Assembly: GCA_030141605.1 (NCBI GenBank)
Contig: JAQGDQ010002391.1
Span: 1-64,000, forward strand
From: Tubiluchus corallicola
Taxonomy: Eukaryota > Animalia > Priapulida
DNA: 64,000 nt
Direction: 5' to 3'
The notes beneath the pieces were generated by a model. It saw nothing but the letters and a program-made list of their open reading frames with translations, ran no database searches and was not told where the DNA came from. Below, piece after piece: positions 1 to 8,473 of this stretch. Each line of letters starts with the position of its first letter. Position 1 is the stretch's first letter. A program made the translations under genes and the position numbers.

Positions 1-2
1 CT

Positions 3-482
3 ATTTCCCAAATGGAGCAGGATTTACCAAACATTGAAAAACAACTACAAGCTTTAAAACAACTACAAACTCAACAGGAAAAAAAGCAGAAACAAGCCAA
101 TAAGCAACTGGTAAAGCATACCAAAGAAACACTAAAAAATAATATACAAGTCATCAATGGTATCAATGCAATCCAAGCTATTGTGGAACTCAACTCAGCT
201 GATGACATAAAAAGCATAGCCTTCCAACTAAAACAAGAGGTAAAAAACTTATACCTTGTATTAGGGGCAGATATCAACGGTAAGGCTATTATTTCTATTA
301 TGGTATCAGATAACCTTGTAAAAGAAAAAAATATCAGTGCAAACGATATTATCAAAAAAGTAGCTCAATATATACAAGGCGGTGGTGGTGGGCAGCCTTT
401 TTATGCTACTGCAGGAGGTAAAAACCCTAATGGACTACAAAAAGCCTTAGAAAAAGCTATAAAAATAGGAGTAAAAAACTAA
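3..482 (+). CDS. alaS: Alanine--tRNA ligase, C-terminal DHHA1 region (5' partial)
   Basis: Frame open from the window edge; C-terminal IQGGGGGQPFYATAGGKNPNGL motif typical of AlaRS. Confidence 0.93.
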   Translation: MSQMEQDLPNIEKQLQALKQLQTQQEKKQKQANKQLVKHTKETLKNNIQVINGINAIQAIVELNSADDIKSIAFQLKQEVKNLYLVLGADINGKAIISIMVSDNLVKEKNISANDIIKKVAQYIQGGGGGQPFYATAGGKNPNGLQKALEKAIKIGVKN

Positions 483-491
483 ACATAACAT

Positions 492-1112
492 ATGAACGAT
501 ACCAATATACCATCTGCCCTGCTTGAAAATGCTATCAACGAATTTGCCAAACTACCCAGCATAGGCAAAAAAACGGCTTTACGTCTTATACTTCATTTAT
601 TAAAACAAGATGACAATCAAGTAGAAGACTTCGGCAATAGTATAATTAAACTAAAAAAAGAGGTGTGCTATTGTAAAGTTTGCCATAATATTTCTGACAC
701 AGAAATTTGTAACATCTGCTCTAATAATTCGCGAAACAAGAATATCATCTGTGTTGTAGAAAACATTAAAGACGTAATGTCTATAGAAAATACACAGCAA
801 TACAAAGGGATGTATCACGTGTTGGGGGGAATTATATCCCCAATGGATGGTATAGGACCCAAAGACATAAATATAGTTTCTCTCGTAGAAAAAGTATCAC
901 AGGGAAAGATAGACGAAATTATCCTTGCTCTTAGTACAACAATGGAAGGAGATACTACCAACTTTTACTTATACAAAAAACTAAATAAGTTTGATGTAAG
1001 CATATCTACAATAGCCAGAGGCATATCTATAGGCGATGAACTCGAATATGCAGATGAAATTACACTTGGACGTTCTATAACAAATAGAACCCCATTTGAA
1101 CTCTCTATCTAA
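492..1112 (+). CDS. recR: Recombination mediator RecR
   Basis: [12 protein letters not shown] HhH, C4 zinc finger CKVC..CNIC, Toprim [20 protein letters not shown]. Confidence 0.97.
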   Translation: MNDTNIPSALLENAINEFAKLPSIGKKTALRLILHLLKQDDNQVEDFGNSIIKLKKEVCYCKVCHNISDTEICNICSNNSRNKNIICVVENIKDVMSIENTQQYKGMYHVLGGIISPMDGIGPKDINIVSLVEKVSQGKIDEIILALSTTMEGDTTNFYLYKKLNKFDVSISTIARGISIGDELEYADEITLGRSITNRTPFELSI

Positions 1113-1253
1113 CAAACTATTTTTGGCAATGTATTAGAAATTAGCAGTAAAACAAATCAAGATAGTTTTCTTATTTTAATTGTGATTCATTTCTCTTTTT
1201 TTAGACACACTTAGAAAAGACATTTAGCAAAGAAATGACAACTTTTCTTTTTT

Positions 1254-1285
1254 CTTGCTAAATTTTAAAAAAACAGTTACTTTTG
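1254..1285 (+). promoter_or_regulatory. Bacteroidota housekeeping promoter for the GLUG lipoprotein gene
   Basis: CTTG (1254-1257), 20 nt spacer, TACTTTTG (1278-1285); fits -33 TTTG / -7 TAnnTTTG. Confidence 0.6.
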
Positions 1286-1326
1286 CATAAAAATATTGTT
1301 TTTTTAGGATTATAAATAAAATAGGT

Positions 1327-3753
1327 ATGAAAAATTTATTATTGTTAAAGAAAGTTTTTCTTTTTAAATTAGGAAGAATATTTTTATCTTTTTTATTTTT
1401 GTTTCTTTTAGTTTTCACCTCCTGCAAAAAGAAAGATGAGCATGTTTCACATACAGGCAAAGATTTTCAGAGCTATTCATTTGATATAGAAAATGAACAA
1501 GTGGAAATAGGAGAAAACACTATTTCAGTAGAATTACCCAGTGGCACTGATGTATTAAGCTTGACAGCCATCTTTGAAGTATCCGAAGGAGCAAAAGCAA
1601 ATATAGATGGTGAATCTCAAATAAGTGGCGAAACGAAAAATAATTTTAGTGGAGATGTATTCTATACAGTTGTAGCCGAAAATGGAAGTGAAAAGGTATA
1701 TACAGTAACAGTAACAGTAGAAAAATATACAGGCAACGATTTTGAGAGCTATTCATTAGGGATACAAGGTGAAAATGTGGGAATAAATAAAAACGAGGGA
1801 ACTATTTCAGTAGACTTACCTTATGGCTATGACACTGATGAAGAAGAATTTACAGCCACCTTTACACTATCCCCAGGAGCAAAAGCAAATATAGATGGTG
1901 AACCTCAAATAAGTGGCGAAACGAAAAATAATTTTAGTGGATATGTACTCTATACAGTTGTAGCCGAAGATGGAAGTGAAAAGGAATATACAGTAACAGT
2001 AGCTGAACGACCTACTTTCCAAGCCCTAAGCTATTACAATGGAGAGAACCGTATAGGGGCGGGTGATTTTGAAAAAGAAGATTTGTTTGAAATAAGCAAT
2101 TTGCTAGATGGAACATATATTTATTCGCTGAAAATAGAAGGGGAGGATGCTGGAACAGAAGAAACAGTAGAAGTAACAAACAATGTAGGCAAAATAAAAA
2201 GTCTTTTACCTACAGATGATTGGAAAACTATAGAGGATAAAGATAATGTTACCATTACTTTAACTATAGTCAATGGTACAGATAATGATGTGTTTACTTA
2301 TACCATTACTAAGGAGCAATACGCTATTAAAAGCTGGCAAGACTTACAGGGTATGCAATATGATTTAACTGGTGATTATACTTTGATGAATGACATATCC
2401 CTACCTACTCCTTCCACAACAGGTAGAGCTTTCCCGAACGAGCTTCCTGCAGAAGGTTTTGATCCTGTGGGTGATAGTAATAATCCATTTAAGGGGTCTT
2501 TTAAAGGTAATAGTAAAGAAATAAGTAATTTCTTTATAGATCGCAGCGAGACAGTGAATGTAGGCTTGTTTGGTTATGTAGAAGGTGGTGGTGAAATAGA
2601 AGATGTAAACATAGAAGTAGAAAGTATAGCAGGAAAAAATAATGTTGGTAGTCTTGCAGGGTATATTAGTGCAACAGAAGAAAAAACTATAAAAAATTGT
2701 CATATTACAGGAGGTAGTGTGGAAGCAAAAACAGCTAGCACTGGCTTTTCTTATCTTGGCGGGCTGGTAGGCTATGCGGCTGGTAATAATCAGAAAGCAA
2801 TTACTATTTCTAATTGCTCTGCTACTAATGATAGTATAACAACAGAAGGGGGAAATGTTGGCGGACTGGTAGGAAATCTTAGTGGTGGTAATATTTCTAA
2901 CTGCTATGCCACAGGAGATGTAGAAGGAGGATCTACCATTGGTGGACTAGTAGGGTATATTGAGAACGGAAATATATCTGACAGCCATGCCACAGGAGGT
3001 GTAAAAGGAAATTCTGTAGGAGGATCTGCTACCGTTGGTGGACTAGCAGGGTATATTAAGAACGGAAATATATCTGACAGCTATGCCACAGGAAGTGTAG
3101 AAGGATCTGCTACCGTTGGTGGACTAGTAGGGCATATTTATGAAAACGGAAATATATCTAACAGCTATGCCACAGGAGATGTAACAGGAACACTCCGCTT
3201 CATTGGTGGACTAGCAGGGGTTTGTAGTTCTGGAAATATATCTAACAGCTATGCCACAATAGGAAGTGTAGAAGGAGAACATGACGTTGGTGGACTAGTA
3301 GGGTATCTTAAAAACGGAGGTATATCTAACAGCTATGCCACATCAGGAAGTGTAAAAGCAACAAAAGATGCCGGAGAATCTAACGTTGGTGGACTAGTAG
3401 GGCGTATTCATGATAACGGAAATATATCTGACAGCTATGCTGCCACAGGAAGTGTAGGAGAAACATCTGGTGTTGGTGTTGGTGGGCTAATAGGTAAGAT
3501 AGACAATGATCTGACTGTTGAAAATAGTTATTGGGATAAAGAATCCTCTGGTTTAACTACCTCTGCTGGTGGCGAACAAGTAGTAGGTGTTTCCTCAGGG
3601 AGTAATTTGAAGAAGGTTGGAGAGAATAGTTATGTAGATGTAGGAAATGGCAATAATCCCGTTTTCGTTAACTGGGGGTTTGGCACAGATGAAAGTGAGC
3701 CTTGGAAGTGGCTGGATGATGCTCAGTGGCCTATACTGAATTGGCAACAGTAG
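1327..3753 (+). CDS. Surface lipoprotein: two Ig-like (DUF5018-like) domains plus GLUG-motif beta-helix repeats
   Basis: Lipobox FTSC-KKKD; duplicated ~95 aa domain ending VYTVVAE(N/D)GSEK.YTVTV; about 10 VGGL(V/A)G..I.NSYATG.V repeats. Confidence 0.85.
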   Translation: MKNLLLLKKVFLFKLGRIFLSFLFLFLLVFTSCKKKDEHVSHTGKDFQSYSFDIENEQVEIGENTISVELPSGTDVLSLTAIFEVSEGAKANIDGESQISGETKNNFSGDVFYTVVAENGSEKVYTVTVTVEKYTGNDFESYSLGIQGENVGINKNEGTISVDLPYGYDTDEEEFTATFTLSPGAKANIDGEPQISGETKNNFSGYVLYTVVAEDGSEKEYTVTVAERPTFQALSYYNGENRIGAGDFEKEDLFEISNLLDGTYIYSLKIEGEDAGTEETVEVTNNVGKIKSLLPTDDWKTIEDKDNVTITLTIVNGTDNDVFTYTITKEQYAIKSWQDLQGMQYDLTGDYTLMNDISLPTPSTTGRAFPNELPAEGFDPVGDSNNPFKGSFKGNSKEISNFFIDRSETVNVGLFGYVEGGGEIEDVNIEVESIAGKNNVGSLAGYISATEEKTIKNCHITGGSVEAKTASTGFSYLGGLVGYAAGNNQKAITISNCSATNDSITTEGGNVGGLVGNLSGGNISNCYATGDVEGGSTIGGLVGYIENGNISDSHATGGVKGNSVGGSATVGGLAGYIKNGNISDSYATGSVEGSATVGGLVGHIYENGNISNSYATGDVTGTLRFIGGLAGVCSSGNISNSYATIGSVEGEHDVGGLVGYLKNGGISNSYATSGSVKATKDAGESNVGGLVGRIHDNGNISDSYAATGSVGETSGVGVGGLIGKIDNDLTVENSYWDKESSGLTTSAGGEQVVGVSSGSNLKKVGENSYVDVGNGNNPVFVNWGFGTDESEPWKWLDDAQWPILNWQQ
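1450..2001 (+). repeat. Internal tandem domain duplication (period ~276-288 nt)
   Basis: 1588-1713 vs 1876-2001 differ at only 5 of 126 nt. Confidence 0.95.
2860..3495 (+). repeat. Intragenic tandem array of ~81-99 nt GLUG units
   Basis: Recurrent ggtggactag(t/c)aggg ... atatct(a/g)acagc(t/c)atgc units starting at 2941, 3037, 3118, 3205, 3289 and 3388. Confidence 0.95.
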
Positions 3754-3803
3754 CTATAAACCATTTTCAAATCTTTTTTTTATAAAATATTCACTAAAAT
3801 TTT

Positions 3804-3837
3804 AAAGCAAGTACATTATAAGAAATGTACTTGCTTT
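3804..3837. terminator. Intrinsic terminator hairpin between convergent genes
   Basis: Perfect 14 bp inverted repeat aaagcaagtacatt / aatgtacttgcttt with a 6 nt loop. Confidence 0.8.
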
Positions 3838-3850
3838 GTATTGTGCTTGC

Positions 3851-3924
3851 TTCTGCAAAATTTAAAAAAGGAAGTTTTCTTTTTAAATTAGGAAGAATAT
3901 TTTTATCCTTTTTTTTTTGTTTTA
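3851..3924 (+). repeat. Degenerate direct copy of the GLUG gene's 5' region (paralog stub)
   Basis: 3867-3922 aaaggaagttttctttttaaattaggaagaatatttttatc... matches 1347-1404 aaagaaagtttttctttttaaattaggaagaatatttttatc... Confidence 0.85.
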
Positions 3925-4413
3925 TCTTTTCATTTCCACCACTCTAAGGTTTTTTATATCCTCTCCATCAATATCAAAAAGTACCATCGTTCTTATATTA
4001 TGAAAACCACTTTTCCCCGCTGCACCAGGGTTGATATGCAACAATTCTAACTTTTTATCATACATTATTTTCAAAATATGTGAATGCCCAGAAATAAACA
4101 ACTTTGGGGTTTTTATCTTTATGATAGGTAATATATTCTTATCATACCTATTAGGATAACCTCCAATGTGCGTCATCAAAACTTTTACCCCCTCACACTG
4201 AAATTCTTGCACCTTTTTACACCTTAAACGCATTTTAGCATCATCAATATTACCATATACGGCTCTCAATGGCTTCAACATTTCCAAAGTATCAAACACC
4301 TCTAAACTCCCAATATCTCCAGCGTGCCATATCTCATCGCACCCTCGCAAGTGTTTCAGCATTTTTTCATCCAAATACCCGTGAGTATCCGACAATAAGC
4401 CTATTTTTGTCAT
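3922..4413 (-). CDS. YfcE/MJ0936-family metallophosphoesterase
   Basis: SDTHG, HAGDIG, VYGNID, SGHSH and INPGA motifs. Confidence 0.92.
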   Translation of the reverse strand: MTKIGLLSDTHGYLDEKMLKHLRGCDEIWHAGDIGSLEVFDTLEMLKPLRAVYGNIDDAKMRLRCKKVQEFQCEGVKVLMTHIGGYPNRYDKNILPIIKIKTPKLFISGHSHILKIMYDKKLELLHINPGAAGKSGFHNIRTMVLFDIDGEDIKNLRVVEMKR

Positions 4414-4451
4414 ATATTACAATGTTTATCAAACAAATATAAAAAAATAAG

Positions 4452-5375
4452 GTGAAGAAAGGTATTGATATCATAACTATACTTGGTCCTACTGCTAGCG
4501 GGAAAACACAATTGGCAGCACATCTTGCACATCATCTTAAAAGCCACGTCATATCAGCAGACTCCCGACAAGTATACAAAAATATGAATATAGGCACAGG
4601 CAAAGATTATGAAGACTATATAGTAGAAGGACAACAGATACCCTATCACCTTATAGACATTGTAGAAGCAGGAGTACACTATAATCTTTATCAATATAAA
4701 AAGGACTTTTTTAAAACTTACCAAGACCTAAAAAAGCAAAATATATTACCCATTCTCTGCGGGGGCACAGGAATGTATATAGATGCCATATTAAACAACT
4801 ATAAACTAATAAAAGTACCTGAAAACAAAACACTGCGAGAACAATTATCTCCAATGAACATACCCCAACTAATAAACAAACTAAAAACTTTAAAAAAACT
4901 TCACAATACCACCGACACAATAGACAGAGATAGGCTTATACGCGCCATAGAAATAGCAACTTATTACCAAAGTACACCTACAAAAGAAGACAATTACCCA
5001 AACTTGGAAAGTCTTACCATAGGTATATACTACGAACGTGACACTCTGAAAAAAAGAATAACCCAACGCTTACAACAACGTTTAGAAAACGGAATGATAA
5101 AAGAAGTAAAAGACTTACTTAATACAGGACTTACTCAAGAACAGCTTACTTACTACGGCTTAGAATACAAGTACATCACCCAATACATTGCAAAAGAACT
5201 TTCCTACAATGAAATGTTTCAACAACTCAACCAAGCCATTCATAAATTTGCTAAACGACAAACGACTTGGTTTCGCAAAATGCAACGAAAAGGTACAAAA
5301 ATAAAATGGATAGATGGAAATCTACCCATTAAAGAAAAAATAGATATAGTTTTAAGCTATTACTTAATTAATTAG
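4452..5375 (+). CDS. miaA: tRNA dimethylallyltransferase
   Basis: GPTASGKT, SADSRQVY, GGTGMY, FAKRQTTWFR. Confidence 0.95.
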   Translation: MKKGIDIITILGPTASGKTQLAAHLAHHLKSHVISADSRQVYKNMNIGTGKDYEDYIVEGQQIPYHLIDIVEAGVHYNLYQYKKDFFKTYQDLKKQNILPILCGGTGMYIDAILNNYKLIKVPENKTLREQLSPMNIPQLINKLKTLKKLHNTTDTIDRDRLIRAIEIATYYQSTPTKEDNYPNLESLTIGIYYERDTLKKRITQRLQQRLENGMIKEVKDLLNTGLTQEQLTYYGLEYKYITQYIAKELSYNEMFQQLNQAIHKFAKRQTTWFRKMQRKGTKIKWIDGNLPIKEKIDIVLSYYLIN

Positions 5376-6063
5376 TAAGTAAATATTTTTTTAAATTCTT
5401 TCCTTCAGACTTAGAAATTGGAATAAATATTTCAGAACCTGCTTTGGGAAAGTCTCCTATAGATAAATCATTTGCTCTCAAAATATCTTCTGCCGTTATA
5501 TTATACTTACGAGCAATATCATCCCAAGTATCTCCTGAAAGAATACGATATTTATCCTGCACTATTACATAAATTTGACTTCCAAGAAATACATCAATAA
5601 CATCGCAATTAAGAGCTATCAAATCAAATACATCCATATTAAACTTCTTTGAAACTTTCCAAAAGTTCTCACCTTTTATATTTATGGTATATAGCTCTAC
5701 TTTCTTTTTATCCTTTCTTTCACTTATAGTTACATCAATAACATTGTAATCCAATAAATTGTCTTTTAAAATTCTATACTTATATTCTCCATAATATTCT
5801 GCAACTATCTTAGAAGCGTCAAAGCTATATTCTTGTATAAGATAATTTTTAAGTTCTAATACTTTTTTTTCTGATATAGAGAAACCTTTGCCACATTCCT
5901 CTTTTAGCGAAGAAAAACCCTTCAAAACCACATTTCTTTCAGGATGATTCTTTGCTGTAAGCATCAAGTTATTCAATTGCTCTTTCTCTGCATCAGAAAT
6001 ACTGCTAATCTTATCAGAATAAACCTTAGTAGTAAATAAATTCTCGTCTTCTTTTTCATCCAA
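5368..6063 (-). CDS. Degenerate OmpA-like domain plus two LysM domains; probably the frameshifted C-terminal half of the upstream gene
   Basis: LysM motifs IKGENFWKVSKKFNM and ILSGDTWDDIARKYNITAEDILRAN; TTG start; no signal peptide. Confidence 0.7.
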   Translation of the reverse strand: MDEKEDENLFTTKVYSDKISSISDAEKEQLNNLMLTAKNHPERNVVLKGFSSLKEECGKGFSISEKKVLELKNYLIQEYSFDASKIVAEYYGEYKYRILKDNLLDYNVIDVTISERKDKKKVELYTINIKGENFWKVSKKFNMDVFDLIALNCDVIDVFLGSQIYVIVQDKYRILSGDTWDDIARKYNITAEDILRANDLSIGDFPKAGSEIFIPISKSEGKNLKKYLLTN

Positions 6064-6065
6064 GA

Positions 6066-7418
6066 CTATTCCTTTTCCTTAACTATTTCTTTTTCTTCTT
6101 TTCTTTGAGACAATAGTTCGTCACCTTCCTCTATTATAAGGTCCATTACATCTTTACCATCAGAGGTAGTACCAAAATCGGAAAAACGGAAAGATAAAAC
6201 CTTTTCATAACCAAGACCTCTGTTGGTTATAAAAACTCCCTTTGTCAAAGTATTATCTAATTTAAAATTAACCTCATCAAATGGAGAGTTAAATTGAGTA
6301 GATATGTTTGTTACTTCAGGAGTTAGTTCATTTAAATTATAGTAAAAAATATCAAAACGTCCAAAAGTTTTATGGCCTTTAGACGAAAAATAAAGTTCGT
6401 TATTTTTCGTTACAAACGGATATAATTCATCTTCAGAGGTATTAACTATAGCTCCTAAGTTCTGTGGGGCACTCCAGCCTTTTTCCTGTTTAGTGGAAGT
6501 ATAAATATCACTACCACCCATTCCGCCTTGCTTATCAGAGCAGAAATACAATGTCCTCCCATCTTCTGCTAAAAAAGGAGAAAAATAATTAGCTCCCTTC
6601 TCCATAAATGGAAGTTTTTTCTCTCCTTTAATCTTTTTACGCTTCGCATCGTATGTTGCAACATATAATTCTAAAATAGCAGACTTCCTCGATCCTTTCA
6701 ATTTGCTAAAAAAAACAATGTCCCCTCTAATAAAAATATCTTTTATTAAATACAAATCCCCCTTTATTTTTGCAAAAACAACAGGATTTTGAACATTGCC
6801 TGATGAAGGAATTGATTTTAAATAAAAGTAATTATTATTTGCCTTTTCAGAAGCTCCTACATATACAAGCATATCATCATAAAAGAAATAAGAAGGATTT
6901 ACTCTTGGCAACCCCAAATTAATTTTTTCCTTCACAGCAATAAAATCAGATTTGCTTACATCTTGTTTAACTTCCATAGCCCAGTAAAAATTCTTTTTTA
7001 AAGCTGCAACTTCCCACGACTTAATACCACTTTCCTCTAATACGAGAATTGCACTATTTACACCCTCGAATATATTAACCAATTGAGCATAATTAACATA
7101 ATCCTCCGTATCTAAAGACGACCTTTTCGTATCATAAAGAGATGAATAAATAGAATAAGATTCGGTAAAATCTTGCAGTCTATAGGATATTTTAGCAATT
7201 TCTCTTGACCATACATCTAAGCTAGTTTTAGACTTTTCTGCAATAAATTTAGCTTTCTTGAAAAAATTATTTGCAGTTACATAATCCCTGACCTCACGGT
7301 CTGAAGCTTCTAATGATTTTTTAATATTAAAATCTATATTCTGTTCCTGACCTTTTAAATTAAATAGGAACAAAAATAAAAAAGAAAAAGCCAATAGTAA
7401 GCTTAAAGAATGGTTCAT
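6066..7418 (-). CDS. TPR-like/PD40 beta-propeller protein, PorE-like N-terminal part
   Basis: PD40 motifs SPFLAEDGRTLYFCSDKQGGMGGSDIY, NLGAIVNTSEDELYPF and YFSSKGH; ATG at 7418 gives a signal peptide. Confidence 0.8.
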   Translation of the reverse strand: MNHSLSLLLAFSFLFLFLFNLKGQEQNIDFNIKKSLEASDREVRDYVTANNFFKKAKFIAEKSKTSLDVWSREIAKISYRLQDFTESYSIYSSLYDTKRSSLDTEDYVNYAQLVNIFEGVNSAILVLEESGIKSWEVAALKKNFYWAMEVKQDVSKSDFIAVKEKINLGLPRVNPSYFFYDDMLVYVGASEKANNNYFYLKSIPSSGNVQNPVVFAKIKGDLYLIKDIFIRGDIVFFSKLKGSRKSAILELYVATYDAKRKKIKGEKKLPFMEKGANYFSPFLAEDGRTLYFCSDKQGGMGGSDIYTSTKQEKGWSAPQNLGAIVNTSEDELYPFVTKNNELYFSSKGHKTFGRFDIFYYNLNELTPEVTNISTQFNSPFDEVNFKLDNTLTKGVFITNRGLGYEKVLSFRFSDFGTTSDGKDVMDLIIEEGDELLSQRKEEKEIVKEKE

Positions 7419-7428
7419 TGTAAAAAAA

Positions 7429-8430
7429 TTAAAAATAAGAAACTGATTTCCTAGTAAACCTAGATTTAGTGAAATCAAACTTTAAAACAAACTCATTAGA
7501 ATTTGATTTAACTGTATTTTGTATATCACCATAAGCATAATCAAATGAATACCCCAGCCATAAATTTTGTGTTATTCTAAAACTTGTAGATAAGACAACA
7601 CCTGATTGTAATCTATGTAATACGCCAAACCAAATTTTATTCTGATACAATACATTTATTCCCGCATCCAATTGCAATTCTTCCGTAAAAGAAGAGAATG
7701 AAAATGTTTTAAGCAAAATAGTAGGTTTTATTATAAATCGAGAAACATCCGTATAAGAATATCCTCTAGCTGTTCTAAATAAATAACCTAAATACAAATA
7801 CTTAGGGGCATAATTGTCAAAATTAAAAGTTTGAGATGTAGGCGAAAAGAAGTTTTGAAAAGATAGTCCTAAGTATAGATTTTCAGTATGATACAAAAAA
7901 CCTAAACCTAAATTAGGCCTAAGAGTACCATCCTGAACATTTAAATCATTAAGATTAACACCAGGTAACAAATTTGCATCTTCAATGCTCAAATTATATT
8001 TATCTAAAGCAACTGAAACTCCTGCTGTTAAATAATTTTTTAAGCCTATCTTTACCTGATAAGCAACATTAATAACAACACTTGTTATATCACTATTTCC
8101 AAAACTTTGATTCAAAAATTGAATTCCCACTCCAACATTTTCTAAAACACTCTCAGCATCATAATGTCCTGTAGAGTTTTTCAAATTGGTCTTAAAAGCA
8201 AAAGCCATCGTCGCAGGAGCACCTTCGTGTCCTACCCATTGTTGTTTATAAGCAGCAACACCAGACCAACCAGCCCCCACTGCTGAATATGCAGGGTTAA
8301 TAAAGATTTGTGTATTTACTATATCTGATAGTTGCAATACTTTGGCTTGATTATAAGCCTGTTTAAAGAAAAAACAAAACACGCCCACCAAAACTATTAC
8401 CCTCATAGTTAACACATTAACTTTTTTCAT
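7429..8430 (-). CDS. T9SS membrane protein, PorP/SprF family
   Basis: INPAYSA, YKQQWVGHEGAPAT, NLGLGFLY, LGYSFDY, SNEFVLKFDF. Confidence 0.9.
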   Translation of the reverse strand: MKKVNVLTMRVIVLVGVFCFFFKQAYNQAKVLQLSDIVNTQIFINPAYSAVGAGWSGVAAYKQQWVGHEGAPATMAFAFKTNLKNSTGHYDAESVLENVGVGIQFLNQSFGNSDITSVVINVAYQVKIGLKNYLTAGVSVALDKYNLSIEDANLLPGVNLNDLNVQDGTLRPNLGLGFLYHTENLYLGLSFQNFFSPTSQTFNFDNYAPKYLYLGYLFRTARGYSYTDVSRFIIKPTILLKTFSFSSFTEELQLDAGINVLYQNKIWFGVLHRLQSGVVLSTSFRITQNLWLGYSFDYAYGDIQNTVKSNSNEFVLKFDFTKSRFTRKSVSYF

Positions 8431-8473
8431 ATATCTAAAGTATACTAGATGATTCTTTCAAATCAGAGACTAT

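Noticed and set aside
1224-1460. 78 aa minus-strand ORF
   Set aside because: Antisense to the lipoprotein's promoter and signal peptide; its K/N richness just mirrors the T-rich sense strand.
2860-3495. GLUG array as a CRISPR array or DGR variable region
   Set aside because: Units are in-frame coding repeats of variable length. There is no cas gene, reverse transcriptase or non-coding template copy, and changes are not adenine-restricted.
6064-6068. TAG readthrough or recoding joining the two ORFs
   Set aside because: The downstream ORF is in a different frame, so a 1 nt indel rather than readthrough is required.
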